Below, piece after piece: positions 39,284-52,645 of a stretch of DNA of 64,000 bases. The stretch comes from Takakia lepidozioides (taxonomy: Eukaryota; Plantae; Bryophyta). The translations under genes were made by a program, and so were the position numbers. The DNA lies in NCBI GenBank assembly GCA_030704615.1, contig CM060734.1, positions 43,958,001 through 44,022,000 on the forward strand. The letters run 5' to 3'. Position 1 is the stretch's first letter; the number at the start of each line of letters is the position of its first letter. The notes under the pieces were generated by a model, which was not told the DNA's origin, did not search any database, and was given only the letters and a program-made list of their open reading frames with translations.

Positions 39284-40737
39284 CGGCATTCCAACACCTA
39301 GTGGCCTCCCTCCCCTTCGCCGCTCCATTGCTCTCCCTGCAGTACTAGCTGGATACAATTTGTTGTGGGTGTGTAGGGCTGCATCAATCAGAAACCCAAT
39401 GTGATCACTGCTTTCGAAACATTCCGTGTCATTGTCCTCTTGTAGACAAGAGGTACTCTTCCATAGTATTTTACTATGAAGGATAGCTGTTCTCCATTTT
39501 GCATTCAAGCCTCATACAAAATTGGCAAGAATCAGTACAAGATCTAATCCAAAAGCCACGCTTTCCACCCACCTTGAAGTATCAAACTTATATAGAACAA
39601 ACCCTCGGGAACCACAAGAGTGATTTGGGTTTCGCCTAATCACCTACTTGGGTGGGAACCCAGTGAAAGATATTATTATGAAGCTCTTATCTTTGTCTCA
39701 AGAGAATGAGGACAGTAGGAGCAAACCATGACCTTTTAGAATTTGTACTACTACAGTACTACTAGACTGAAAGTAGTGGAAAAAATGGAACCATAACTTG
39801 ATGTAGAACACTAACCACATTGGGATCAAACATGACAACTCTGTAACTAATGAAGCAACATATCAATAGCTAGCCAACCAAAAAAAAGTGAATGGTTACC
39901 TATGTAATTAGCTACGCTATGAAATGAAGGCCTTTGAATCAACTCCAGAGCTCTCAAAGTGTCTCTAGTAGACACAATTGCAATCCGAATGAGAGAGTGT
40001 GCCACGAGAAAAGATAAAGAGAGAGTGAAGAAAAAACTTGCATAGTGAGAGAGTCTACGAAGAGTGGATTTGTGAGGAAAGAAACTGGATTACTGCATAA
40101 TGGCAATGAGAAGAGTGCCAACAAGAAAGCAGGCTACTCTCCGGAAGAAAAGACCCTATTTTCCAATGTAGTGACAAAGTACAAAAACAGATCATTCCTG
40201 ACTAAAGCGAAATCCACTCACAGAATGCCACGTCCCTGTTAGGACAGTTAAACCTAAAATGGTTTCATTTCACGTGTAGAATGAGAATGGTAATTGAGCC
40301 CAAAATATGTTGATTTTCTATCTTGGGTTAGTAGACAAAAAGCATGACCTAAAAAACTCGAGAGCAAATAAGCTTCGGTGGGAACGGACAAGAACGTCAA
40401 CCAGCAATGGACAAGATACATTGCGAACCAGCAAAGAGGTGTGGGGATCAAACTTTTTGAGCTTGTCATGGATTATAGCAGATGCTGACTCATACGATAT
40501 GATTACATCAAGACTTTCCGTTTCAGAAACACCCTAATTCCAAAAAGACTAAGTAGGCCTCCAGCTCCGAGCTCCGAGAAGTTAGAGGTAAAGTTCTCAC
40601 TTCCGAGCTATACTGTACACTCTTTGAGATGCTAGATCTGGTAGTTTTAGATTTTACAAGCATTTATAGACATCGCAGATTGCTCGGCTGCAATGCCGGA
40701 TGGCGAAAGGGGTGAATGACTACATTCACGAGAAGAT

Positions 40738-41967
40738 TCAAACCTCCACAACACACGAGGCCTGAGCTACTCCAACAAATTGGTCGCTTTCCACAGCTTC
40801 CCATTCACTCTTGCGGCCCTTAGATGTCGATGTCCCTGCCACTGCAAATTTGTAGATCAAGGTCTTGTTCTTCTGGAATTCCCCACACCTACCGGGTCCC
40901 GTGACTATAATGCTGTCGTTGGTAGCAGTGACACACACAGGTGTCAAACCTTCTTTCTCACTCTCCGGGAGACAGTCCACGGCTGACCATGCATTCTTAG
41001 TAGCTGAGTAACAAACAAGCTGCTTGCCGCTGAATGCATAAAGACTCCCAGCCAACACTGCAAAAGCCCCCGGATTTGAGTCCGAAGACCCTGCAAGAGC
41101 CCACATTTCCTCAATCCTGCACCAAGTGTTGCTCGCAGGGTCATACACCTCGGCACTCTTTACGAAAGAACCTTGCGAAGCTGTTGCGTAACCGCTGGCA
41201 ACACAGAACTTTCCATCTATTGCCACCCCAGTACACTCGTCTCTCTGCTCGCTCATGCTCGGCAGGCTCTCCCACCTATCACTGTCAAGGTTGTAAACCT
41301 CTGCACTTGATAACGCAGCTTTCCCATTGTCGTGACCACCGGCGACGAGAACATTGTTCCCAACGGCCCCACATGCAAAGAAAGAGCGAACAGTGGGCAT
41401 ATCGGCACCCCTGCGCCAAGATTGCGTCGAGAAATTATACACATAAACTGATCGCAGAGGCTCCCAGGTTGCGGGATTCCACCCGCCGAGCACTACAAGC
41501 TTTCCTCCCACTGCTGCCATCCGACAGAAATGAGGGAAGCCCTCAGCCAGCTCAGGAATAGCGGACAGCCTCTCCCACGACTGAAGCTGCACATCGAACA
41601 CGCTGATCCCATACACAGGAAAATCCAATGGCTGGAGCGCATCTTGTTTCTCCACACTAGGACTCTCCACCTGGGGAAGTGCTTGCAACATGCACACAAA
41701 GTACTTAGTGGTGCCCACCTTCTTCCGCTCCTCGTAGAACGCAGGGCTGTGAATCAGTTCTCTCCACTTCCGAGACACCCCGCTTAGGTGCGCATGGGAT
41801 TGCACGGGAACCCTCAGCAGACACTGGTATGCCACATCGTCAGGTAGGGCGGGAATCAGCCCCATGTCCACCTCCCAGTCGATCTCCATCTCAGTCACCT
41901 GCACCTTCTGCAGGCTGCTCAGCTGCACAGCTTCTTCCGACTGTCTGGCCATAACCCCAGATGCCAT
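40738..41967 (-). CDS. F-box/kelch-repeat protein (KMD/KFB-like), 409 aa, single exon, intact
   Basis: F-box LIPALPDDVAYQCLLRVP. Kelch repeats LVVLGGWNP..., RSFFACG...VLVAGGHD, AEVYNLDSDRW..LPSM..QRDEC and SAEVYDPASNTW. Confidence 0.95.
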   Translation of the reverse strand: MASGVMARQSEEAVQLSSLQKVQVTEMEIDWEVDMGLIPALPDDVAYQCLLRVPVQSHAHLSGVSRKWRELIHSPAFYEERKKVGTTKYFVCMLQALPQVESPSVEKQDALQPLDFPVYGISVFDVQLQSWERLSAIPELAEGFPHFCRMAAVGGKLVVLGGWNPATWEPLRSVYVYNFSTQSWRRGADMPTVRSFFACGAVGNNVLVAGGHDNGKAALSSAEVYNLDSDRWESLPSMSEQRDECTGVAIDGKFCVASGYATASQGSFVKSAEVYDPASNTWCRIEEMWALAGSSDSNPGAFAVLAGSLYAFSGKQLVCYSATKNAWSAVDCLPESEKEGLTPVCVTATNDSIIVTGPGRCGEFQKNKTLIYKFAVAGTSTSKGRKSEWEAVESDQFVGVAQASCVVEV

Positions 41968-42665
41968 TTTCGCTGTCTGTGTCTGTCTAAAACCGAAGGA
42001 AGGAACACTAGGAGACGGAACCTGATTTCAAAAGCAAGAGACGAAATGATTATCTTGAGAAGGCATGGAAAATCTGAGAACAAGGAAGGATGATGGATGC
42101 AACTACAAGTGGCCAGCAAAAGTTATATAGACTTAAGCACCACAGGTGGGATATAGGCAGTGATACGTTGGAAGCGTAAGATGGTGCAGATAAGAGCTGC
42201 AATCCGAGCTTGTGGGATCCACGTAGCGGAGATGGAATCGTGTGCAGGTTCGGCGTGCCTTCTCGTCTCGCACCTCCCGCTTTTTGTAGAAGAGCCCAAA
42301 CGATGCTTTAGTCCGCTTCTAGAATGTGGCGGGGCCCCCTTCTGTCCTTCTGCCTAAATCCTTTCATCACACAGTCCAGCGGTTAACGGTTGGGCCGCTC
42401 GCCCCGGTTCAAATCTACATCAAGCCCTCATATTGCCCTAAACAGTTTTCGTCGCAAGTGACCGCAAATTTCGGGCTCAATCCGACACTGGTCTAGGAAA
42501 TCTCCGCCAACTAGTTCCAATCTTCTTTGTCGGATCGTTCGGGCCGAATAATTATGTGGTTGATATAATTGCGGGGATGACCACTGTGCGGATTCATTCT
42601 CATCCCTAAATTTAATTTTAGCCTACTCCTAAATTCTCCCCCAATTGCAGGGCCAACCCCCTCCA

Positions 42666-42949
42666 CAATGTGTTTTTATTTCTGGCGAAATTTCGCACTT
42701 TTTCGACCTCGAAAACAAATCGAATATACTGTCGTAAATTCCCTATTTCCTCATGGATGAAATCGCCAAAATTTCTCCCCAAGAAAAAAACTGAGGATGA
42801 ATTCGCCTAATATGGATGATATAAATGGATGAAAGTACATAGATGGATGATTTTGTCGAAATTTCAGTGGATGAACAGAAATATGGCTATTTCCTGCAAA
42901 ACTCAGTAGCCACTCCTGTTATTTTCCAAATTTGAGAAAAGAAAAGCTG
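42666..42949. mobile_element. hAT-like MITE, copy 3 (diverged)
   Basis: Shares the internal GGATGAAATCGCC...GGATGATATAAATGGATGAAAGTACAT block with the other two copies. The ends are decayed. Confidence 0.75.
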
Positions 42950-44004
42950 TGACTCGCTGTCGCTCCCAGGTGTTTCACTTTGTTTCTATTGTTAGAAGAA
43001 AAAAAAAAAAAAAACTGCTCCACATGGAGCAGTCCAACAGATTAGCGGCAGCGGGAGGTCGCTAACAAGAGTCTCTTTTTCAGAGTCCAATAGTTTTTTT
43101 TTGGGTATATATTGACGTATTGACGTATTGACGTATTGACATAAATAATCTGCGACTAGCGGCCACGGTGACCCCAAGGTCTTCAGTAATTGAAAGTCAT
43201 CCCCAACATTCTTCGAACGGTTGAAATTTGACAACATTCTCCCGTGTTTGAATTGTGGGGCATTCATTCATTTTTTCCTACCGACATTTGTCCTCTGACT
43301 CGATAGTGATCCGGGGCTCAAATCCCTACCCTTGGTTCACAGAACGTAAAGGAGGTGAAAACTGCTAAAGGAAAATAGTTGAGGGTCCACCGAACGACCA
43401 GTAGGTCTTCGGTGGGTAGGTCAGCATGGAACAAGCACCGCCCCGGGCCCACCCCGCCCCAGCTGCGCTCCACTTTAGCGGAGCCTCTGGATTTGGCGGT
43501 TTCCCTGCCAACATGGCAGCTACTGTAGCTGCACGGATAGGCTTCCAGAAGCTCCAGCCGGATTTTGGGGGCCCTCTCGTGCGGGCCCGTCCAGGTGACG
43601 TAGCGCAGCGTGGAAATGCGGGGCGATGAGTCAGCCGACCGTGCGGGGTACGGGCGGGATGCGCCACGATTCTGTGCTTACGGGCTTCGAGCCCCGGATC
43701 CCTTGCGCGCCAGCCCTGGCCCCACACGCGTCATAATTCCCCTAGTGGTCCTGCTTCTCCACGTGGCGCTTGCCGTGGTTCCCGGCGGACAGAAGCTTCG
43801 ATTGTTGGCGTGGCAGCATCGACTGTCTGGTAGGTACGAGTGGGCTGATTTTTTGATACCATGGTTTTTTGTTTTTTTTTTTTTTTCATGAACAGAGGAG
43901 CCCTGACAAATTTTATTAATAAAACTGAGGAAAAAATAAACTCAGGAAAAAACAACCATAAGGATGATAAAGGAGACACTGCCCCGTGATGGTTTTTGTT
44001 GTAA

Positions 44005-45975
44005 GCTATGCATAACTTTTTGCCCCTCCAATTCTCTGTCGGTTCACTACCCTCCGACATCGGAGCGATCGCCCAACAACCGATTCCGGGATGGCCAATT
44101 TTTTTGATATCATTGTTTCCGTTTGAAGTTATGCATACCTTTTGCCCGCCGAACTCTCGGTCGGTTCACGAACATCAGTGCGATCGCCCAACAACCGATT
44201 CCGGGATGGTCAATATTTTTGATATCATTGTTGAAGTTATGCATACCTTTTGCCCGCCTAATTCTCGGTCAGTTCATGAACATCAGTGCGATCGCCCAAC
44301 AACCGATTCCGGAATGGCCAATATTTTTGATATCATTGTTTCCGTTTGAAGTTATACATACCTTTTGCCCACCTAATTCTCGGTCAGTTCATGAACATCA
44401 GTGCGATCGCCCAACAACCGATTCCGGGATGGCCAATTTTTTCGATATCATTGTTTTTTTTTTTTTTTTTTTTTTTGGTTAACAGCATTGTTCCCGTTTT
44501 AAGTTATGCGTACCTTTTGCCCGCCGTCAGTTCACGAAACTCCGACATCCGTGCGATCACCCAATGGCAAACAACTGATTCCAGGATGGCCAATTTCATA
44601 TATAACATTATTTTAGGTGGAAATTCCGCATACCTTTTGCCCGTCAAATTCTTCACAAAACCTCCAATGGTGGTAACCTACAATCGGCCAACAACAAACA
44701 GCCCATTCCGGGATGGCAAATTTTTTTCTATATCATCATTTTTGTTGTAAATTCTCCACATATCTTGTCCCTCGAATTCTCGTACTGTTCACGAAGCTCC
44801 TACATACGATTGCGCAACTACAAAACTTATTCTTAAAGAAAGAATTGAACAACCGCCAGGGCACCGCCCCTGTTCCATGAAAAAAAAAAAAACAATTGAG
44901 CAATCAATCCCAAGATAGTCAATTATTTTTATTTTTATTTTTTTTGTTGCATAACTTGTGCCCATCGAATTCTTGGTCGGTTCACGAACCTTCGACATCG
45001 GTACGATCGCCGTTTTTTGATATTCAGTTTTTTTCAGTTTTTTCATTTTATTTTATTTTAAATAAAATAAAATGGATGAAGCCCATTTATTTTATTCAAC
45101 GTGGGGGAAAAATAAACCCCTGTGGGGCCGTGAAGCATGCACACCAGATGGTGAGGGACGAACCCGAGTTTTTTAATTTTTTATTTTTTATTTTTTCGGA
45201 AAAAGCAAAAAAAAGGGAAACACCTGGGAGATAAGGTGAGAGGAAAAAATAACCTCTTTCACAGTAACCGCGCCATGAAGGCGTAGGAATGGGACACCGC
45301 CCAGGAACCGGGAGAAGAGAATACCACACCCTTCAGTAGCAAGATTTGACCCCAGAATCATCTGGGTGGCACTCAGTGCACTTAACCAACTGAGCTACTG
45401 ACTGTTGGTTGCTATGCATACCTTTTGCCCGCCAAATTCTCGGTTGGTTCAGAAACCTCCAAAATGGCGGTGCAATCACCCAACGGCAAACAACCGCCAA
45501 TTTTATATATAACAATATATCAGTTGCAAGTTACGCATACCTTTTGCCTGTCAAATTCTTCACAAACCTCCGATAGACAGCCCATTTTGGGATGGCCAAT
45601 TTTTTTTTATATCATCATTTTTGCATATCTCTTGTCCGTCGAATCTCATACCGTTCACGAAGCCACGAGGGTACGATTTTTTCTTCTAAATTATTGAACA
45701 ATCGATGGGATTCGATCCCAAGATAGTTATTTATTTTGTTATATGAGTATTTCGTTGTAAGTTCTGGATTCCCTTTCCCCATCGAATTCTCGGAAGGGTC
45801 AGAAACCTCCGATGTGGGTACGAGCGCCCCACGGCGAATAACTTTCCACCACGAGATGACCAATTTTTTCATATAATTCTCTCTGTGGTAGTTAGGGATA
45901 CTCGAATCCTCGTACGGTTCAGGAACCTCCCACGATCGTGCCAAGGGCGAATGTGGGAACAATCGATTCCGAGAA
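44005..45975 (+). repeat. Tandem/degenerate array of ~110-120-bp units (probable TE interior)
   Basis: GTTATGCATACCTTTTGCCC...CGATCGCCCAACAACCGATTCCGGGATGGCCAA occurs in 4 close copies at 44005-44455, with more decayed copies to ~45975. Confidence 0.85.
45330..45405 (-). mobile_element. tRNA-derived SINE-like head (tRNA-Gly-like)
   Basis: Minus strand has A box TAGCTCAGTTGG, a TGCCA anticodon-loop-like segment and a degenerate B box GGGTCAAATC. It interrupts the 44-46 kb repeat array. Confidence 0.5.
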
Positions 45976-48900
45976 TCCGAGTGACATGTTTCTTTTCCCA
46001 CCTTCTCCACCTTCCTGTGTTGCTGTTCACACCGCCACACCTCGTGACACGCGCACCCAAGCCTCCCACCTACACCGATAAACCTAAAGTTGCGTGAATC
46101 TTTCGTCGACCTAAAACAGCTTTCCTTAAAATAGAACACAAAATATCGACCGACTATAACGGCTGCACGACATCGGTCTGAGCCTTTAATGTGCCAAAAG
46201 GCTACCGCAAGTACGAGACATTTCTTAGATTATAGCCATTCAACATCTGCCACGTTACCGCCGCACACAAGTGAGGCAGGACGCCACATGCAACGAATGA
46301 AAAGTGGGCAGTTAGATGGCAGGTGGGAGCATGTTCCTTCGCCCGGTTGGTAGCTACGGTATTTAATATTTCTGTCCTGCCTACTCTACTAAAATTAGTT
46401 GGCCAAATTGGCGAGCTGGCTTATCGCCGGAATTTGGCGGGTTAGTTTTGGCGCCATCAGGCAGTGCCACATCAGGAGACTTCTGTAGTGACTTTCCCTC
46501 CCTCTCTCTCCGATCCTTGCCATTCCGCCACGGGGATTTGGTGCGCTGTGACCTTAGAGCGATGAATCTATGGCACAAGTGTGCTGAAGCTTCCTCCCAA
46601 ACAGGTAGGCTACACTAGGAGAGGGTGACGACTGATCACAATGTGGGCTCAGACTCAGCTGATCTGTAGATGAAAGATCGATAGGAGTGCGTACTATTGG
46701 TTCAACGACCAATTTGAATAATTTCTGATGGTGAGGAAGAGATTAGATGTACACACGGTACTGCATGCTTGTTGTAGGTTGCACTCATCCATCAATGCGG
46801 CTGGAAAGCATAGCAGCAGTGTATGTACACCGCGGGACTCTGATATTGCCATCAGCCGGTTGTAGAATGTTCAAGTAGACAGGCACATTTTCTCTCCCGT
46901 CCTTGCATTAAGAGCATTGGCTTGTCATCTTAGGCAGTGCAAATCGGGAGCCACTTGGGGATGTCTGCCAATATGTGAAAATGCCATAAGCTTACAGTAA
47001 TGGACGGTGAACTTGAGGGATGGGCCGATGGCAATGCCTGCCTTGGTCCATAGAGATTGGACTTCGGCAGTAAGTTACATTCTGTACCACGGCCAATTTT
47101 TCCTCCGCGGCCATGGTGAGTCACATGCCGGGGTGGGGCACTTGGCGGATCAACACGGGGCCCCAGCACTAGGATTCATTGTGTTGTGACTGCACAGTAA
47201 ACAAGTTCGTGTGTGAGGCTGCTGAAAGAGGATTAGGTTTGAGGGATGTCAGCCGCTTACGTGACCCAGGTGTGTCCCTAGGGGGTTTTCGGGGGTTTGT
47301 CTTTTCAGTCTCACTTTTATGCTGACGCTTCCTGCTGTTTTACATTGCCTCCCGGTCTTTATACAAAAATGTGGATCCCTCCCTTAGTAACTTAGAAGGT
47401 ACTTCGAACCTTTCAGTACGCACATTCTGCTTATAGACTAGCTAGAGTAAAGACGCTTCAAATTTGTAGTAGTTCTTTGGCATCCTATAGTGTGTGGCTC
47501 TTCTCGACACGTACCAAATCCATGAATTCTACACTACAAAGCCTCTTATACAAGAAGATCTCCTGGGAGATTAAGTTACTTTGAGTGAGTGGAACTTCTA
47601 AGCTCGTGAATGTGCTTCTGTTTTCATAAGTTGGTATCTCCTTTTAACTTCACCAATATGCCATCTGGTCCCATCCATCAGTTCGCCAGCAATTGTTCAT
47701 TTGATACAATTGGTACACTTCCACTTGTTACAAGTGGTACGTTCTCCTTAAGATCAATGTGTACCACTATACTGTTTTCCGAACAAATTTCTCTCTGTAT
47801 GAGTTCGAATTCAACCGTGCGTCATTGACCCCGGAGAAATGTCTATGGTATTATATTGGTTCATAATCTTCGAGAGTTTCGTGATTTTGTAGATAGATAG
47901 GCTCTAACTCGGTTATAGTAAGCCTCGGCCAATCCCAAAGACTCTTGAATGTACATCGACAAGAAGCGTTCGCAACTTCTTGAACCTGGCCATTGCAGAG
48001 TCCTCTCTAAGGGCTTATATTTGACTGTTGAAACAACCTGAGAATACTGGGATTCGGATGCCTCAGTGTGATTCCAAAACTTCGGACATGGCTAATAAGC
48101 CAGTCTTCTACGTTTTCCACTTTGCAGCTCTAACTTGAGTTGTTTGTCTCTCAAATGTTCATGTTGTAAAGATGCTTGAAGCTGAAGGGTGTGTGGATGA
48201 CCTTTCTGCCTTAGATTTCACTTGTGATCTGCTCTTATTTTCTTGGTGCATGTTTGAAGTTGATGAGGCAAAGAGAAGATGTAAGTGAAAGAGTGAACTG
48301 CAGTTACTGCTCAATCGAAGACCAGATCAAGCAACCAGACTATTGAAGGGAGATAAGAACAGCCGTCTTCTTTGCCCTGCCCTTCGCTTGTGCTTTGTTC
48401 TCGCACACATTACTCTTGCAATTTCTCATCCTCTTTGTCGATCAGGTTTCCACTTGGCTGGTGACCAGCTGGCGTGTGTCGCATATGCCAAGAAGATGAG
48501 ATCACAGGCCTTATCACCTTCGATGTTAATCGAGCGCTGTACTTACACACAACTTGCACAGTTGCGATGTGGGTGTGGATTAACATCAAAGGTGATACGG
48601 CCTGTCATCTCATCTTCTTGGCATATGCGACACACGCCCATGCTTGTCTCAAGAGGCTTTTTTCAGCCTATTACCTAGTGCTCTCACTTTGTGGTTGTCA
48701 TTTATCGTTTTTTTTTATTTGAATGTGTACTAGTCTATGACTTGGTTGTCTTTCCCCACGTTGACACAAACTGAGTACATTTGGGCCCTTTTCATGAAGA
48801 CAGTGGAGAGTTATACCGGCTGGTTAGACAGGATCTAGGTTGTCTCATTCTCTTATATTGATTCTCCAAGTGATTGTTTCGATTTCTTCCTTTCCGTCGT

Positions 48901-49129
48901 TGTTTCTTCTCCTTGAGATTTTGTTGGGGTACCTTTGTTTTCATTAGGTATGTTTTCTTTACCTGGATGTTGCTATCTTTTGATATACGGTTACCTCAGA
49001 GTTTACTAGGATCTCACATTGATACATTCAGAAAGCTGATCGTTGGAAGACCGCTCATCCATTAATCGATTTTTTATTTATTTGTTTAAAGGAAACACCT
49101 GGGCGCGATAGCTCACAAATCAGGCCCCT

Positions 49130-50150
49130 TAATTATAGTGAGAGGAGAAAAGAGCTCCTAATGTAGAATCTGCTCTACTTGGCTTCTGCAAGAAAGGAAG
49201 CCATGCCATTACAACCAGGGAAAGATTTGTACATGAGAAGTTGAAGAATACATATTATGTCCGGGAAGGGCACAAAAAAGAAAGCCATTGCATCAAGATC
49301 GAGCTGAAACTAAAGTTGAAGGTTGGGGAAGGACAAGAGAGGAATGGCAAGGCATCAACACCAAGAAGGTATGTCCGTCAGACCTCACAGTGACAGATTT
49401 TTTGCTTTAATCTCAAGACCAAAACCTGTTACAAATCAACCGACCTAGCAATCTTGTAGCCCATCTCCAAATGGGGCAGTACCTGCAAGTGGAAGATGCT
49501 CTTACTTTTGCTCTTCTGTTGGCATCATCTCTATAAGCGATCTCCTTACATGGCCTGCTGAGGCTATTCTTGTGGGGAAGACACCTGTACAATTTTGGTG
49601 AGCTTGGTAGGGCAAACCAAATGTACATGTGGCGACTTCACCGGAATGGCAATGGGCCATTCCCAAGCGTAAAGGGCTTGATGCTGACATCCCAGAGGAT
49701 CCAGACAACATTCCATTAAAGAAAGGGCTTCCAATATACAAAGCAAAAATCAGCATCAGCCCTTTACGAGAAAACGCTGGGGTTTCTAACACTGCACCAT
49801 TTGGAGGAATATGTAGAGGATCTCATTTGCAATTCAAGACACTGACAAACACTACTCTTAATCACATATTTGAGGTCTTTTTGAGGATGCAGATCTCTGT
49901 TGCCCAATCCCTTGGTAAGGAAGAAGGTCCCTAGCCTGGTGGATACTAGTGTTGGTCTGGTATCTAGGTGTAAGGCGGGTTATAAATATTTTCTAAGCAC
50001 GGGTATCAAAGACCCAACTCTACTAGTACGAAATATGGCAACATCAAGCTTGGAACCAGATGACCCCAATATGCCCAAGCCTGGAAGTACCCCAGCCCCG
50101 ATAAAGTGAGGGCCTACCCTACCAAGATGTGTGTGCATTTTGGGGGTGTT
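49130..50150 (-). mobile_element. Highly decayed L1/non-LTR retrotransposon remnant
   Basis: Fragments resemble the L1 ORF2 C-terminus (GLGNRDL; CPIWRWATRLL). Many stops. Confidence 0.35.
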
Positions 50151-50791
50151 AGGACTGGTGTGAATCAGTGGTTAGGGTAGGTTTTTCATAGTGCAAATAT
50201 GGGAGAAGCAATGGACCCTGCTTGATTATGAGGAAATTGTTCAATTGCTTGCATTCAGCTCTGCACACTGAATGTTAGGTGTGGTTCACTTATGTTATCG
50301 TAAATATTTTGTTGTATTCATTGAGGCGATATTTTGGAGCTGTTTTGAGTTTGAAAGCTAATACCAGATCCGGTCTGTGAACTGGGTGGTACTATATTCC
50401 CCGAATGATGAGTTCCTAGCAGGTGATGAATAAATATCACTGCATTATTCATACCAGAGGTGGTACTTATAAATTGAAAAATTGTGGGTACTCGTACCAG
50501 CTGGTATCACAAACCTGTTAAAAGTGTGATACCAGTACCTCGATTGGTATGAGCAAATTCCAATACCACACCAACACTGGTGGATATCCAAGTTAGATGG
50601 GAATGAGGTAGTCTACAAAACCCTATCATTCCTTACAGTGGTGACAACCTTTCGTCAGTTCACAGCTAACATGAGTTAAGTGTTTCATGTTGTTGTTGAA
50701 TGTGGTCTACTGAAGTAATTGTTGGTCTAAAGTACCCTGCAAGGTGGCAACATGAAGCATTAGTGATGGGTATGTAGAAGGCGGATTTATG

Positions 50792-51048
50792 AACCCATCA
50801 GCTAAAAACTGAGCATGATACAAACATCAAACTTTAATCTTCAGCTTCAATATCAATGGGTTGTTCTTGTGAGATTTCTAGCTAGTGCCTCCCAACATAC
50901 TACTGAATCAATCCAAGGACCCATCAGCTAAAAAACTGAGCATGATACAAACATCAAATTTATATCTTCAGCTCTGAATATCAATGGGTTGTTCTTGTGA
51001 GACTTCTAGCAAGTGCCTCCTGAAACACTACTGAATTAACCCAAGGGA
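50792..51048. repeat. ~127-bp tandem duplication
   Basis: ACCCATCAGCTAAAAACTGAGCATGATACAAACATCAAA... appears twice. Confidence 0.85.
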
Positions 51049-52242
51049 ACATCTTCAAGCTCCAAAGCAACAGCCTCCCAACTCGTCTTCACATTGGATG
51101 GGTTAAGCTTGCAATTTTCAAGCTTCCATGAATATCTTACAAATTTTCAAAGCAGTCATATGTTCAAAAAAAACATGAAAAGTTAAATAAACAAATCATG
51201 ATCATTTTGAAATTTATAATTGTTTTCTTCTAATGATTACCACCACTTTAAAATGGGTTGTGTTCCATGCATGACGTGACCAAGGCTGGGTGTGAAAATG
51301 CAACGTTCTGTGTGAGTTCCTAGGCTGGGTTTACCTTTAACTGCAGACGTTGGGGTTGGTTGGTGGATGGTGCGGGAGCGCGTTATTGGAAGGAGGGGTT
51401 TGGTGGAGCTCGTGAGAACAACATCAACAACGTAAGCCGTCTTTTCCATTTTGTTTGTATATGGTCATGTTTGTGGTTTGGTGATGGATTAGGGTTGCAG
51501 CTGACGCGAGTGCATTGATTCTACATTAAGGCTCCGGCTTGATATTTCGGTCATGATATTCTACATGTTTTGGACTGAGGTTCATTCTTCATTAAGTTGA
51601 TGTCATGGTTGTGAAAGAGCTGCGTTGATCATTCTGTGCGCGTGGAGATTTTCTTCCAAATTTTGGTTCTAATCTATGTAGTGGCAACATTTTTGGAGGT
51701 TTATTGGATTTTTAGTGCACATGGTAAGGGTTGAATTGGCATTACGCGAGTGTTATAGTTTTGCGATAGTTTCTTGGTTTTACAAGGTTTTGAGAGTATG
51801 TTATGTTACCTATGGGACATGATGGCTCTTACAACGGAGGAGAAGCTGACGTATGTCATGGAGCAGTTGGACTCCGTGGGAAGAGAAGTGAAGAGCTTGA
51901 AGCGGAAGAAGCGGAGGATCTGGATGCATAGGTTACCATATTTTGGCGCTCACCAAAAGAGTATGACATATCTGAAGAAGAGGATGAAGGAGGCCACGCA
52001 AACAGATGATGCCAAGATTTGGGGTGCAGACTATATCTACAAAGTCTCATGGGAGGTTTGCTACTGGATTTTGAAAAAGCAGCCTCTGAAGGGCAAGAAG
52101 AAGAAAGATGCCGAACTCCCGTCGGTTATCATGGATGGGAAGTTAGAAATTCAGTGAAGGAGGGATAGATGCATGATAGGTTTGACCAATATCAATTCTC
52201 ATATATAACCCATATTAATGAATCTCATTGTCACTAAGTGCA

Positions 52243-52645
52243 TTCAACTTCGAGTTGATAATTTTGAGTCAACTTGACTTTGAGTTTGTGCAAATCGACA
52301 TCAAATTGATAATATTGGGTTCAACTTGACTTTGAGTTGATAATATTGAAGACCAATCCGACTTCAAGTTGATGCAAACCGATTTTGGGTTGACATATTA
52401 GGTTCAACTTGACTTCGAGTTGATAATACTAAGTTCAACCTAACTTCAAGTTGATGCAAATCAACTTCGAATTGATAATATTGAGTTCAATGCAATTTCA
52501 ATTGATGCAGATCCACTTCAAATTGATAATTTTAATATATTATTTTTATATTATATTATAATATTTAATATTTTATATATTTAATATAATTTTAATAATA
52601 TTGAGTTCACTTCTAGTTTATGTGAATTGACTTTGAGTTGACAAT
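52243..52645. repeat. Cluster of short palindromic TCAACTTCGAGTTGA-type repeats
   Basis: About 10-12 variants of (CA/G)ACTT(C/T)(G/A)AGTTGAT(A/G). Confidence 0.75.

Noticed and set aside
44008-44750. Repetitive ORFs in three frames
   Set aside because: By-products of a non-coding tandem repeat with variable unit length.
45330-45405. Functional tRNA-Gly gene
   Set aside because: The T-arm and acceptor stem pair poorly and the B box is degenerate.
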